Assembly: GCA_013265495.1 (NCBI GenBank)
Contig: MU058441.1
Span: 429,721 to 493,720, forward strand
Source: Vicugna vicugna
Lineage: Eukaryota
Length of the DNA stretch: 64,000 bases
Direction: 5' to 3'
Shown: positions 14,451 to 27,250 of the stretch, in pieces
Layout of the letters: each line of letters starts with the position of its first letter
Numbering within the stretch: position 1 is the first letter of the stretch
Notes under the pieces: generated by a model
Told to the model about the DNA's origin: nothing
Database searches by the model: none
What the model saw: only the letters and a program-made list of their open reading frames with translations
Position numbers and translations under genes: made by a program

Positions 14451-15604
14451 CCTGATTTTTCTCTCCGGTACCTTAGTCTCGGGTGGTATCCTGTGATGGG
14501 GAAATGGTAAGTGAGACATAGACATTTACACCGAGAGAGAACGCCTCCATCTTTTCTCTACTCATCCTTACGTTTTAAAATAGACATTCTGACATTGTAA
14601 AAGGAGGTAGCAGCCCCTTCCCGCGCCCAGGCGTGCTGCTGTGGCTAGGACGCTTTAAATTGCTGAGGCTTCTTGGCATTGGAAGTATGTAATATTTTGT
14701 TACCAAACATGGAATACTGAAGGGTTTTGGATGCCAAATCAGGAAAAATCTGGGCGTTAGGAGAAGTCCAGGAAAAGCAGACTCAATGAGCAAGTTGTTC
14801 AGGTGAGTGGTCCTGCCAAATGTGCTGGAGAAGGGGATGAACACACAAAAATGTCACTTTGCTTCCCTGTTGTAAACTAAGGAAACTTTGAACGAGGCGG
14901 ACGGAGTACAAGATTTAAAACATATGAATAGATCACACTCTCCAAAGAAAAAGTTTGTATACTTTCCTGGTGAAAGATTTGTAATAATTATTCAGGGAAA
15001 TAGGGGTGTTTAAAGAACACAATTTTGCACTGAGTTTGTTGTACCCATTCTAGTGAGGACAGTGATCACAAAATAATTGAGAGGGGTCGTTTTGATCCTA
15101 AAACCCCAGAATCAAAGAAACGCTGTCAGTGGTTCGCATAACTTTGTGGTATTTTTCCATTTATTTTGTGACATCGTTCTTAAAGGTGTTGTGAAAGAGA
15201 ACTTGGAACCTAGGGAACACGTGGAGACCCCAGGGCCCGAAAGAGAAGTAAAGTGATCTTGAGACATGAATTTCATGTCTCTTGTTTGAGACTGTCTGGA
15301 GAAGGAAGCCATTTTGGGGTGAAGGTTTTTATTCTGCTTTAGGAGCACTATTCTCATTCAAGGACTTTTGGGGGAGGTGTGTGAATAGGAGAAATCGGGG
15401 TGGAGAAAAAGTTGCCAAAGAAGTGTCAGGAATTTTTAAGTTGGCCACCAAGCATGAAGTTAAGCTCCCAGGAAAGGAGAATTAGTTGAGAGAGTCAATT
15501 TCTTCCAGAAATCTCCCAGAAACCCTTCCAGCATTCTCTGGATGGTTTGCAAGAAAGGTCAGTGCCTCAGGCTACTGCGGGGCACTTTTGTGCAGGTACT
15601 GCCC

Positions 15605-15900
15605 CTGAGGGCCAAGTCCAGCCGGCAACCTGTGCATGTCCCTCTAAGAAAGCACAGGTTTGTTTGTTTGCTTGCTTTTTAATGGTTGAGTAAACCAAAA
15701 GAAGAAGGATATTTTGTGACATGGGAAGTTCGTATTTTGCTGTCCATAAATAAAGTTTTATTGGAACGCAATCACATCCATTTACATACGGCCGGTGGCT
15801 GCTTCTGTGCTACAACAGGAGTCTCGACAGAGACTGGGTGGCCTACAGAGCCTAAAAGATTATCTGGCTCTTTACAGAAAAGTTTTGCTGCCCCTTGGGC
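15605..15900. mobile_element. MER58-like hAT DNA transposon relic in the ALOX12 3'UTR
   Basis: GGCCAAGTCCAGCC...TAAATAAAGTTTTATTGGAAC...GCCTAAAA..TATCTGGCTCTTTACAGAAAAGTTTTGCTGCCCCT matches MER58 motifs. Confidence 0.7.
15757..15762 (-). terminator. Probable ALOX12 polyadenylation signal inside a MER58-like element
   Basis: First AATAAA on - after the stop (about 280 nt), in context GTTCCAATAAAACTTTATTTATGGACA. Confidence 0.7.
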
Positions 15901-16039
15901 TCGTGGGGTACAGATGTAGGCGATTTAACTGGGGGAGGAAAGAGAGCCTCAGCAGCAGAGATTAGGAAACCATGAAACTCAAGATGAAACTCAGCCCTAG
16001 AGCTGATCTGTGGTCTTCCTGGTGGGGGCGCCTTAGAGC

Positions 16040-19000
16040 TCAGATAGTGATGCTGTTCTCCGTGAGGCTGGGCTTCAGGTATTCATAGGGCAGGTCAAGT
16101 TGCTCATTCCGGGCTGCAATCTCCCTTTCCAGGTTTGCCAAATCTGTTTGGAATTGGTTTAGTGCAGCCTTGGCCTTGGCTTCTGAGAAATATTTTTCTT
16201 TGTGATGCCCCAAAGGCACCTAAGAAGGAACAAAAGATCAGTCGGTTTCCAGTTTGAAGGCAGCCGCACCTAGAGTCCAGCCCTTCGCTCTGATGTTTCC
16301 CTTCCAACTGTCATTTCCCTTTCCCCAGAGTCCTCTCTTACCATGTCTGGCTGGCGGCGACCCAGATGCCATGTGATGGCCATTTGAAGACAGGCCTTTT
16401 GGACATCAGGTAGTGAGCCCATCACTGTGGCCATTGTCACGTCTTCCTTGGTGGTGGGTGGGGGCATCCGCATTGTGCATGGGGCATTAGGGACCCAGGC
16501 ATACCATTCCAGCTGGGGGAAGAAACTGCAGCCCTAGGACCCTGGTACTTAGGGTCTGAACCCCCATCTCTCCCTTGGGCATCCCAAGGTCCAGACACCT
16601 GTCTTCAGGGGCCTGGGCTTTTAGCTGTCCATACCTGGCCCTTGTTGATGGCCCCATGCTGAGCAGTGCATGTGAAGACACACATGGTAAGGAAATGGCA
16701 GAGTTGATTCTGGGACTGGAAGGACACAGGGAAACCTGGGTGGGAAGGGAACAGGATTTAGAGTTTATAGCCTGAGAGGAGAGAAAACGAGACCAATGTC
16801 TGGGATGCCTGCATTTTGGAATTGGTGGGTGCTTGCTTCTTTGGTCCTTTCTTCCAATAGATTTGCATCAGACTGAGTTTCAGTTCAGGCTCAAGTCAAA
16901 TAGTTGGGTTACCTCGGGCCAATTACTGAACCTCCCTAAGCCTCAACTTCTTCAGCTGTGGAATGTGGAGCGCCCCCTACCTTATGCATGAGATAGTCAC
17001 CTGGCATGGAGCAAGAGCTCAATAATTAATAATTATTGTTATCATGGAAGAGTGGGGACTGAAAAGTTCTGACTGATCAAAAATCCTCTGCGTCAAAAAG
17101 TGGCTGAGAAACTTGGGATGCCGCCTCCTATTTCCAGACAGGGAATTATGAATGTTTGAGTTATAACTTGAGGGATAAGAGAAGTCGTGGATTTATAGTG
17201 TCACAGCCAAGAGAGGCTTTCCACGAAGAATACGTCAGGCTACTCAGTTGACAGTGGAGGTCGGGGCTCAGAGACCCAATAATCCTGTCAGTCAAGTGGA
17301 ACAAGTATAATCACTCCCCTGTTATTCATAAAAAAAAAAAAATCAAAGACCAGAGAGGTTAAACTCTTGTCAGGATCACGTAGTTGGGGAAAGGCAGTGG
17401 CTGACCTTGAACTGGGGTGCCTGACTGCTAATCTCAGGCTTTTTTATTTTAAAAAATTTATTATTTTTTGATGGAGGTAGTGGGGATTGAACCTTACTAA
17501 ACGTGAGCTCTACCACTGAGCTATATTCCTCCCCCCCCTCCTTTTTTGGCTTTTAAAATTTTACAATATTTTCTCTAAAAGTCTACTGGGAAAAATGAGG
17601 CAAAGGTGAGCTATAAGAACTGCAGGAGAGTAGAGGAGGAGGGGATGAGAGGCAGTTAGTTGAGGTTAAAGTTAACAGGCAGATGTTTATTTTCATCTTC
17701 CAAATGTAGATACTGGTTGGGGAAAAGATGGCTGGGGAGAGGAGGCAGGGTCTTCCGAGAGCATGTGGAGCTAAGGGACAGCACTGAGATGTACTGGAGA
17801 AAGTCTGGTCCTGGGAGGGTGGGGGGCAGTTTGCAGCCACTGACTCCGCAGGGAGACACCCCTCCAGAGGGCAGGTGTTGGTTAGCACTCACCACACCCC
17901 CAGAGGCTGGCCACAGTGGCTCCCCAGTAAATGTCTGTAGTTGTCCCACAGAGGCAGAGATGTTGGTGTGAAGTGTGAGGGGCAGGGACCAAAGGACGAT
18001 GTACAGCAGGGACAGGCTGGCCCACGTGAGTTAGAGAGAGGAGGACAGACCTCAGAAGAGCTCAAGAAAGGCTGTTTCTTCCTCAGAGTTTAGAAGCAGG
18101 GGGCAGATGGTGGCTGGATTGGCCAAAGAAATGAGAGAAGACCTGGGTAGGACACTGAGTTCAGGGTTGAGCCAAAGCACACAGAGCACTGAGTTTGCAC
18201 CTAGAAATGACCTTGTGCTGTGGTGAGTGTGCAGGGTGCCTGGACCGTCTGTGTGATGAACAGGAGCAGAAGTGGGAGGAGCCAGGGAAGGCCATCATGG
18301 GCTTTGATGGGAATAAGCTCCCCATTTATATCCTTGGCTAGGAAACCGACAACCGTGAGGCGAGAATGTGAGCTCTGGCAGGACCCGGGCAGATCCCTGC
18401 CTGGCCGGGGTTCTGGCCCTGTTGGGCTCCACACTGTGACAGGCTGGGGGTAGGGGTGGAAGTGAGGGTTGATGACCAGGGTCTCCGAGAAGGGCGGCCC
18501 TTGGGTGTCTGTAACTGTAGTGAGTCTCCGGAGGTGGGAATGGGATTCAGGTGCTTCACGTGTGGAGGGAGACGGGGGTGCGGTGAAGGGTTGCCGTCCT
18601 GAACCCAGACGGACAAGGCTGAGAAGGAGCTCTGGGCAGAGGGTCCGAGGAGCCCCTGTCTCTGGGGAGGGGTCTCACCTCGGTCCTGGGCCCGGCACAG
18701 CCCCACCTCAGTGATCTCCTGACACCAGGCCTGCAGCTCAGGGTCCCCTCTCACGACATCGTCCCCGTGGTAGAAGAGCTGGATGATCCGCTCCACGTAC
18801 CTGCCCAGGGGAGCGGGAGGTGAGCTGGTGGAGAGAAGGCTCTGACCTCTCCACTTTGCCGTGGCCTCTGCCCAGCTGACTCTCAGTGTCTGAGCGTAGA
18901 TTGTTGAAGACCTGCCTTCTGGGTCATTCCAGCTCTTTCTACAAACTAGGTGAGAAAGGAAGGAAATGTGGGTCATCCGTTTTAGGAATTCCCTGTGCGT

Positions 19001-22000
19001 GGGTGATAGCCATTCTTCCTGGCAAAAAACAAAACAAAACCCTGTTTTGTCCAGATCCCTCAGCCTCCCAGTCCACAGTTTCCTGACCGAGGCTTTCTGT
19101 CCCCCATCTCCTCCTTCTCGGACCTTACCCACTGACTCCTCACTCGTCCTCATCTCCCCCCAGGATGGAGTCTCTGCTCCTCCTGTCTGGACCCTCTTGT
19201 ATTTAGACTCCTTTTGCCCCGTGCTGATGTCAGGCCAGAGCCCCACTCACCCTCTCCCCCAACCCCTCCATTTCTTGGCTCCCACTCTCACCCACCGGGC
19301 AGTGATGTCCCAGAGCCGTAAAGCATCGTGGGCGTAGTGAGCACCTGGGGTTCCCAGCAGCCCGCGTTCAGCCAGATCGTCAGGAGGACAGAGGGAGCAG
19401 TAGGTCAGCTGAGCCATGGCCCGGCGGAGCAAGTGCACGTGGCCCCCACCACCGGTGCTCACTACCTGGGACAAGAGAGATGCGAGACCTTGAGGAAGAA
19501 GCCAGAGCACAGTATTTAAGGGGTTCAAGTGTGGGATTTTCACATTTAAAGCTCTGGATATAAAGGGTCAGGACTTTCACACTGGTGGGTTGGGGATCTT
19601 GAAAGTGGCAGGAGATCGCAGACAGTTGGATGGTTGGCAACCCCCTGCCCCATCATCTCCTTACCTTATCAAATACACCTCCATCTGAGATGAGTTGGGT
19701 CCGTGCCCGGGTGTTGATTTCCATAGTGTAGCGGATGTGTGGCATCAGAAACTGGGATGGAGGAGATTATGGGGGTGGTTAATGGTGGATCGTGCTTGGG
19801 TCCTTCCTTGCAGAGCACAGTGGCCTTCTCTCCTCTCCTCCCTTGACAGGCCGGTCTCCTGCTTCTGCGGTCACTTTCATTCTCTTTACTCCCCTCTGAG
19901 TCAGGCTCTGGAGCAGACTGGCCTGGGTTTCCATCTACAGTTCAGCCCTCACTCTAATGCTCGTTCAGGGTCCTGGCTCTGACTCTTCTCCTGTCTAGCA
20001 CCTCATCTGTCAGCAGCAGGTGATGATAGGGTCTTTTGTCTCGGGAGGCTGTGGTGTTTATGTGGGTGATGTGTGAGGAGTGTTTGGTGCACACAGAAGT
20101 CCTGGAGGAAGGGTCCTTGTTATTGTTTCCCTCTGGAGTGCAGGTTTCATGCAGTGTTGGTATCTATATGAGTTGCTGCTGGACACGGGATGAGCCAGCA
20201 ATACCTCTGGTGCCAGGAGGTCAGAGCAGGTCACAGTGAACTGAAACTTCTCAGAAAGTTCATGAGGGGCGCTGAGTGTCATAGAAAGCCCGAAGTCCGC
20301 ATGAGGAGAGAAGACACCTGAGGACAGACAACTCCGAATAACAGTAACAATCGCTGCAAGAACGGATGTTTTCACAGCTTTTAGCCTCTGTCACGCTGTT
20401 GTGTCATTTTATCCTTGAGCCACAGTGGAGCTCCTGTTGTCCCCACTTAGAGGGCAGGACACTGAGCTCACATCTGGTAAGTACAGAGGTCAGGATTCAG
20501 GATTCAGAGCTGGGCAGTCTGAGTCCCGAGCCTGCACACATCACCTCCAGGACACGTGCCGGCTGGGCTCTCCCCCGTGTACCGGTAACAGCTCAGCTGT
20601 TTGCCGTGCTGTTGCCATGGCAGTGGAGATGGGGCTTGGAGGGGACTGAAGGGGGAATTTAAGTGTGAATAGAGGCTGAGCCTGGTCAAGATGAGCGGAA
20701 GAGGGTGGTGCATGGCCCCCTAGAGATCAGTGAAATCCCAGATTCTGTCAGTTCCACTGGTCTCCATCTTTTCTGTGTCACCCAGGACTCCAGGAGGCCA
20801 CAGCTACTACTGGCCAGGCTTGGAGGGTTGGGCAGAAACCCCACTGAAACACAGTTTCGTCGTTCTCCTGACCAGGTGCTCACTGGCATCTCTTGCCAAC
20901 ATTTCCGACTCCATGCACCCAAAATGGAGCACCTCATCTTTACTTCTCAACTGGCTGCTTCTCTTGGTTTCACTGTTTCTGATCATTGCTCTGGTTCCTC
21001 AACTTGTATCACTTTTGTCCCTCCTTTGCTTTGTTCCCTGTATCTAAAGTGCCGTCCAGATTTTGAGGACAGTTTGAAGCAAGCACAGGCTTTATGTGAC
21101 TGCCTCTGCCTGGCAACAGATGCTGAACTCGGTCTTTCCTAAGCCCACAGGCTTTCCAGATCACTCCAGCACACCCACCCCTGGGCTCCTAGGAGGAGCT
21201 TAGACCTCTGACCTTTCTGTCTCCGTTCTGGCACGCAGGCATGCTGCAGCTGCTGTTACCCCCCTGCACCAGCCCTTTGATTTTTGTCCTTTTCATTCCT
21301 GTCGCCACCTTGCCAATGCGTATCTTTCTCCATCTCTCTCTGGGGCAGGTTTAAACGGCCCGCTGGGCTCCTGTCCTTGCCTTTTGATCTGTTGCTACTT
21401 AGCAGACTCAGCTGGGGTGGAATTTGCTCCATCAACGCCCTAGTGTTTATAGGTGGTCTCTTGTGATTTCAGAGTAGTTCCAGATGATCTCTGGGTGGTT
21501 CTAATGGACACCGCTTGTCTTTCTGGCTAATAAATCTCCTAAGGCAGGAACAAGGCCTTTGTTTTCCTAGTAATCTGGCTAGGCCCATTGCTAGATCATC
21601 AGATCTCTGAGAATTTCAGAGGGCCATATTAATAATATGTTCTGAAGAAACGTTAAGTGACTCGACCTAATTAAAATCTGAGTCTCAACATATGGACTCT
21701 GTCTTCCTTCTCTTCTCCCCTCTTTCTCTCACAAGGTGACGTAAATTTTTTTTGATGCTGCAATATCATTTGCCACTGGGTGGTTTCCTTTCTCGGGGCT
21801 CTGACTCAAGAGGGATGTGGAGGGTGGAGGTTGTACCTTGAAGACAGGGTGCAGTCCCGGGAGGCACCTCATGGTGGCCACAGCGATGACCTCGGCCAGC
21901 AGATGAGTGTTCAGCAGATGATATTGGAGCTGATGCAGCTGGAAATCTGAATTTCGGACCCAGGACTTTGCCAGGAGCCAGGCAAGTGGAGGATCTGAGG

Positions 22001-25000
22001 GCAGGAAGAGTGGTGGGGTCGGGGAGCTGGGGCTGGGAGGCTGGAGCTGGGAAAGAGAAATGAAGCCGTCATAGAACTCTTGCTTTATGTGTGACGTTAT
22101 GGTCAGCATTCTTGGGGAAACAGATGAGTATGTTGATTGCCATCAAAGAAGTTATAATCTTGTAGGAGGAATGAGGACTTTCCACCCTGTCTCTCCCTAG
22201 CTGTGGCACCGTGCGAGCGCCATGGTGGTCAGGTTGAATCAGGGAGAGTCAGAAGCAGGGCGTCCAGCGAGGAGATCCTGCCAGTGGTTTGGGAGAAACA
22301 TGATGAGGGTTGAATTATGGTGGGGGAAGGGGAAGTGGGCTGTGTGAAATCATTGACCGTACTTTTTACCTAACTGTTGAGAACAGAAGAAGAAAAGGTA
22401 GATGGGTAGTTAGTGTCAGAGGTAACTGGGAGATTAAATCATGATGCTCAGTGTGTCCCCAAGCCAGCAGCATCAGCATCAGCATCGCTTGGGAATTTGT
22501 TAGAAATGCAAATTCTCAGTCCCCACTGCTGACCTACTGCATCAGAAAGTGTGTGGGGTGGGGGAAGTGGGGAGGACACCCAGCAACCTGTGTTTTAACA
22601 AGCCCTCTAGATGATTCTGAGGCACAGTAATGTCTGAGAGCCACTGGGTATATGAGGAGAACTCCAGAAGGCCTTTATGACTCTTGAACAAGTCCTTCCA
22701 GTTGGATGAGTCAAGGAGAAACTAGGCCACAAGCAGAGTGACATGAGGACAGGTCTCACTGCGTGAGGATGGAATTCAGGAGCCCAGAACCGGGGGGCTG
22801 TGTCCTTGGGAACAGAGGTTGAGGTGGTCAGAGAGCAGGGTTGGGAGGGGGATGCTCAGGGCGCCTCACCTGGATGACCATGGGAAGCAGTTTCCCATGG
22901 GGGTCCATCTTCAGCATGACGAGGGGGGCAGCCAGGTACTGCTTCTCTCCTTGGATCACATTGGCTGGAATTCCATCCAGGAGGATGAAATCCGCCTCAA
23001 ACAGGGAACCATTCTGGGGAAAGGAGGAATGTATCCATCGTTAGAGTTCAAAGTCCACCACTAGAGGGCCTGGGCAAAGGGGGAAGACATCTAAAGACAT
23101 TTATCTTGCTTCTTGCTATCATCTTGTGTCAGTAGCAGAGTCCTGTCAGGAGCAGAGCAGCTGGCCCAGTTCCTCTCATTTTAGACAAGTGAAGAAACCG
23201 CCTAGTGAGGGCTGTGTAGTAGGAGATCTGGTTTTAGAACCAGGACTGCTGAGTCTGGTTTGCAAGCTGTCCCCTTGTCAAGATGGCCAGGCCCCTTACC
23301 CCCATTCCTCAATGATCTGCTCACTGGATTTGACTGTCATCAGTTCAGCCAGCACTCTCTGACTCCCTATCCAAACCTCACCTCCTCTGCCAAGTGATCC
23401 ACAGAGGTTCCCCTGCCTACCACCACCATGGAGTCCAGCACACACGCACACAGACACACTCACGTCCCGCCCTGCTCATCTCTTCCAAACCCAGGTAACC
23501 TCCCCAGTTCTCTCTACCTGATGGTGCATTCTTTATCTTTCTTCCTGCCTGTGAACACTGGTGTCTGGAGCACCGATATCAGCCAGGGAAAGTCATCGTC
23601 CCTACTAACATCTCTGGCCCCATCTGTGCCCTGGGAATCCATCCTGGTTCCCCTCCACCCTGGGTGCTCCTTATAGTTTTCCCTTACATGCCTTATTATC
23701 TCTAGGTTTTTCCAGCACTGGACTCTGGACCAAGAGGCAGTGGATTCCCACAACCTCCTGACCCTGACTCAGCCTTGGTCCCTCCTCTTCACAACTGCTG
23801 GCCACACTGCCAAGGAGAGAACAAGGCAAAGGTGGGACGGGTACCTGGAGTTCTTTCTCCAGCTGGGCCCGTAGCTCCTCCATCCCCGAGGGCAGCACTA
23901 GCCGAGGGGGCAGAGCGGTGGAGCGTCTCAACAGCATGGGGTTGGCGCCATTGAGGAACTGGTAGCCAAAAAATTCATCCTCCTGCCAGCGCTGGCGAAC
24001 GTTCTCTGTGGGGTCGGGGTGGAGTGGAGAAGGAAGACAGTACACAGTTGGGATATCCCCCTCCTCCAGGCCCTACCCCAGCGATCCAGCATATGACCAG
24101 CCCGTATCCAGCCCCTGCCTTTTCATCTTGGGGCCTCTGAGAAATGACCAAGCATAATATGTTCTCATCTGGGAAGTAGTTATGCGGGACTGTGAAGTGT
24201 GATGGTTGGGTCATCAAAAGGGGCCATCAGGGGGTTCTAGAGACCTGGGGGGACCACTGACCAGCCAGGGTACTCTTCTGGCCCCAGAAGATGTGATCAA
24301 AATCCTCCAGGCGGTTCCAGGAGCTCAGGAGGGTGTGCACACGTTTGAGGAGCATCTCCAGGGCCCTAGGACAGGTGTGGTGGCATGAACCCATTTGCTG
24401 ATCCATCAGCCCCTCCCCATTTATCACCATTTTGGGGTCTCCCAGCCTTCTTTCCACTCTGAGCTCCAGGCTCTTCTCACCCCGCCTTTTGTGTCCATTC
24501 AAAGTCCAGCCTCTTCTCCTCATGGAATCTCATGTTTGAAGGTAGATCATCCTCACAGCCCGCAGCTATTGTCAGTGGTAAGCCTTCCTTCCAGGTGGCC
24601 CAGCTAGGAGACAGGGAGAAGGCTTCAGGGAGGGTGTCCAGGTCAGTGATGGGGGCAGGGTCAGGGAATGGGGGTACAACCAAGGGGCCCTGTAGGTGGG
24701 TGGTCACCAGTATATCTGATGTCTTTCTTTCAGTTCCTTCTCTCGATGTTTCTGGAACACGTCCAGCGCATTGTCTCCTGCCAGGCGGGCTGGGGAGACA
24801 TGAAGATGATTGGCCACAGTTTGTGTGGTCCTGTGCCCCGCTACCTATCCTCATCTTCCTTTCCATAGTCATAGTCCATGTGTTCAGTCACGCTCTGTTG
24901 CTTTTATCCCTGGCCTTGCCTCACTGCATCAGTTCCCCAGACACATTTATCTTATCTTTGCCAACTTTGCACTCCTGCTTGTGCTAATCTCAGACCTCAT

Positions 25001-26905
25001 CTCTTGCCTTGAGACAACAGTCTCATGTTTGACACCCTTTCTTGTCATTTAACTGTCTTTCCCTTCCTGATCTTATTTCATCAATATCTATGATTGGAAA
25101 AATCACCTTAATTAAGGTGATAACATCTTAATCACTCATGTGCCTACACCTCTTCTCTACAGTATATTGCTTTGGTTAATTTCATGTGTCTTGAACCTCC
25201 CCTGCCGCACCTTGGCCATCCTCAAAAAGCTTTGAGGAGCTGTGTTTGCTTTCTGTTTCTGACTTCATTGTTCCAAGACTCACCAGCAAAGTCTATATTA
25301 TCAACTTGTTCCTGCTCTTATCTGTACTTACACTTACCTGCCTCAAAGTGATAGATTTCACGTTTCCGTCATCACTGCCCTTGCCTCAGTTGCCTCCATA
25401 ATCATCTCTCTTGTTTCCCCAACAAATTCTGAATTAGCTGTCATTCATCCCCGCCTCCTGTCAGCATGCTCCCTGTCCCTGACGGTTGTCTTCCATGTTT
25501 TCCCAACCAAACCAGCTCTCCAAGTCATATTATTTATTGTTTCCCTTAGCTGTGTCCTCGCAGGGGTCCTCCCCAGCCCCTATTCCATGTGCTAATCTTA
25601 CCTGTCCTGCCCTAACTTCTTCCCAGTCCCATCCAGATCTCCTTCTCACTTTTACTTGGACTTCTCTGTTTTCCATCACTGCTTCAACGCCCATTCTATG
25701 TCCTCACCTTCTTGGAGGGTGGGAGCTACACACCACTTATGTCCCTATCCAGCCCCACTCGCAGCCTTTTTTAGTCTATGTATAAATTCGGTAGTTTATA
25801 ACTTTCCCCCATTTCCTGTCTTCTTCGCACTTAACCTGCTGAACACCCACTTTTTTCAAGCCCCCCTGACTTTCCTCAGTCCTCCCCCCCACCTTCGTCA
25901 GCAGTTCCCCAGGCTCCGCACCGCCCACCACTGCCCCCACCGGTGCCCTCGGGCAGGCACAGGACGCCGTCGCCCTGCACCCAGCTGTAGCACGGGAAGG
26001 CGGCCTCCTCGCCGGCTCCAGGGCCCTGCACCGTGATGCGGTCGCAGAACCACGCGTCGTCCACCAGGGAGTGGTGTTTGCGCAGCTTCACGAACTGCAG
26101 CGGCCCCAAGTCGTCGGGAACGTCGTGCTCAAACTCCTCCTCCTGTGGGACCAGAACCCGGAGACTTTAGTGGCAGGGTCCTGGGAGAGGCCGTTTTGCC
26201 GGGAGTGAGGGTTGGGGGTCTGAGGCGGGGTGCGGACAGAAGAGGGGGGACCTTGGTGGCCTCCGCTGACAATGCCTCCAAAGACCTCGTTCCCTCCTCT
26301 GGACACCTGCGCGGTGGATTTTAGGCGCCCCGTGGCACCAGGAGGACAAGGGAAGGCGGCGCGTGGCCCGCATTGTCTTGAATTGCTGCCTGAGCACCAT
26401 CACTTCCATCCGTTCTTTAACTGAGCCATTCCCGTCTGCGCTCTCCCAGGAGCTTCCCATTTGACACTGATGCTATATTGACACTGGCCTGGGGTCATTT
26501 AGAGAGTCAGTTGGAGGCTGTGAAGACCAGGGTAACTGGGAAGGGAGAAGGGGGTGGCGTTCAGCCCGTCTCTGGCTCCCGACCCTCCTTCTCCTCGCCC
26601 CTCCTCGCCCAGGCGCAGGCATCCCAACACCTGGAAGTCCCAGCCAGTGCGGTCCAGCTGTCATTTAGCTCCTGGATCCCGCGCCTCGCCGGCCTCTCGC
26701 CTCTGGGCTGCCCTCCCACCGCGAGCCCAAGCCCGGGCCGGGGTGGGGGCCCCCGCTCCCGCCTGCTGACCTGGCCCCGCACCGGCCGCAGCTCCAGCTC
26801 CAGCTCCGTCTCCCCGTGCGCCCCGACCAGCCACAGCCGCACGCGGTTGTGCGACCCGGCGAAGAGCGAGGCCCCGGTGGCTACGCGGATGCAGTAGCGG
26901 CCCAT
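16040..26905 (-). CDS. ALOX12: Arachidonate 12-lipoxygenase, 12S (platelet) type; 14 coding exons, 663 aa, intact
   Basis: Exons, all with GT-AG introns: 26905-26771, 26142-25941, 24789-24708, 24603-24481, 24365-24262, 24005-23845, 23013-22870, 22046-21837, 19751-19665, 19465-19296, 18800-18679, 16735-16635, 16512-16342, 16219-16040. Sum 1992 nt = 663 aa + TGA. Starts [15 protein letters not shown] (PLAT domain); contains [26 protein letters not shown] and [10 protein letters not shown] iron-ligand motifs; ends ENSITI*. Confidence 0.97.
22443..22648. mobile_element. MER5A-like hAT DNA transposon in ALOX12 intron 7
   Basis: CAGCAGCATCAGCATC...TTGTTAGAAATGCAAATTCTC...CTGTGTTTTAACAAGCCCTCTAGATGATTCTGA...GAGAGCCACTG. 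Confidence 0.8.
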
Positions 26906-27250
26906 GGCGGCCCTGGCGGCTTAGACGAGGGGAGTCGGGACGTGCGCACTTCTTGGGGCCGCGGGCGGGTGTCGAGACGCCTTGGGGCCCGGGCCAGGCC
27001 CGGGCCTTTAAAGATGGGTCCGCGTCCCCGCCCTTCTCACGACTTGCTGGCGCTCTCAGTCCCCGCCCCAGACTAGCCCGAACCTGTGAGCGGCAGAGCC
27101 GGCTGTGGGGAAGGGCCGCGCCTCCGGATCCGGGCGGAGCTGCGGGAGATAAAGGGGCACCGGCCTCGGTGAGGCCGAGAGGATGGAATTGCCTGGGTTT
27201 CTCTGGACCTCCGAGGGAGCCTCGGGGTTGAGGGAGCAAGGCTGAGGACT
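25900..27250 (-). promoter_or_regulatory. CpG island and proximal promoter of ALOX12
   Basis: CpG-dense across exons 1-2; TATA-like TTTAAA at about 27007-27012, roughly 100 nt upstream of the ATG; several GC boxes. Confidence 0.75.

Noticed and set aside
18338..19246. 302-aa minus-strand ORF
   Set aside because: It is ALOX12 exon 11 read in frame plus flanking intron sequence, not a separate gene.
26661..27239. 192-aa and other overlapping ORFs around ALOX12 exon 1
   Set aside because: CpG-island artefacts in non-coding frames.
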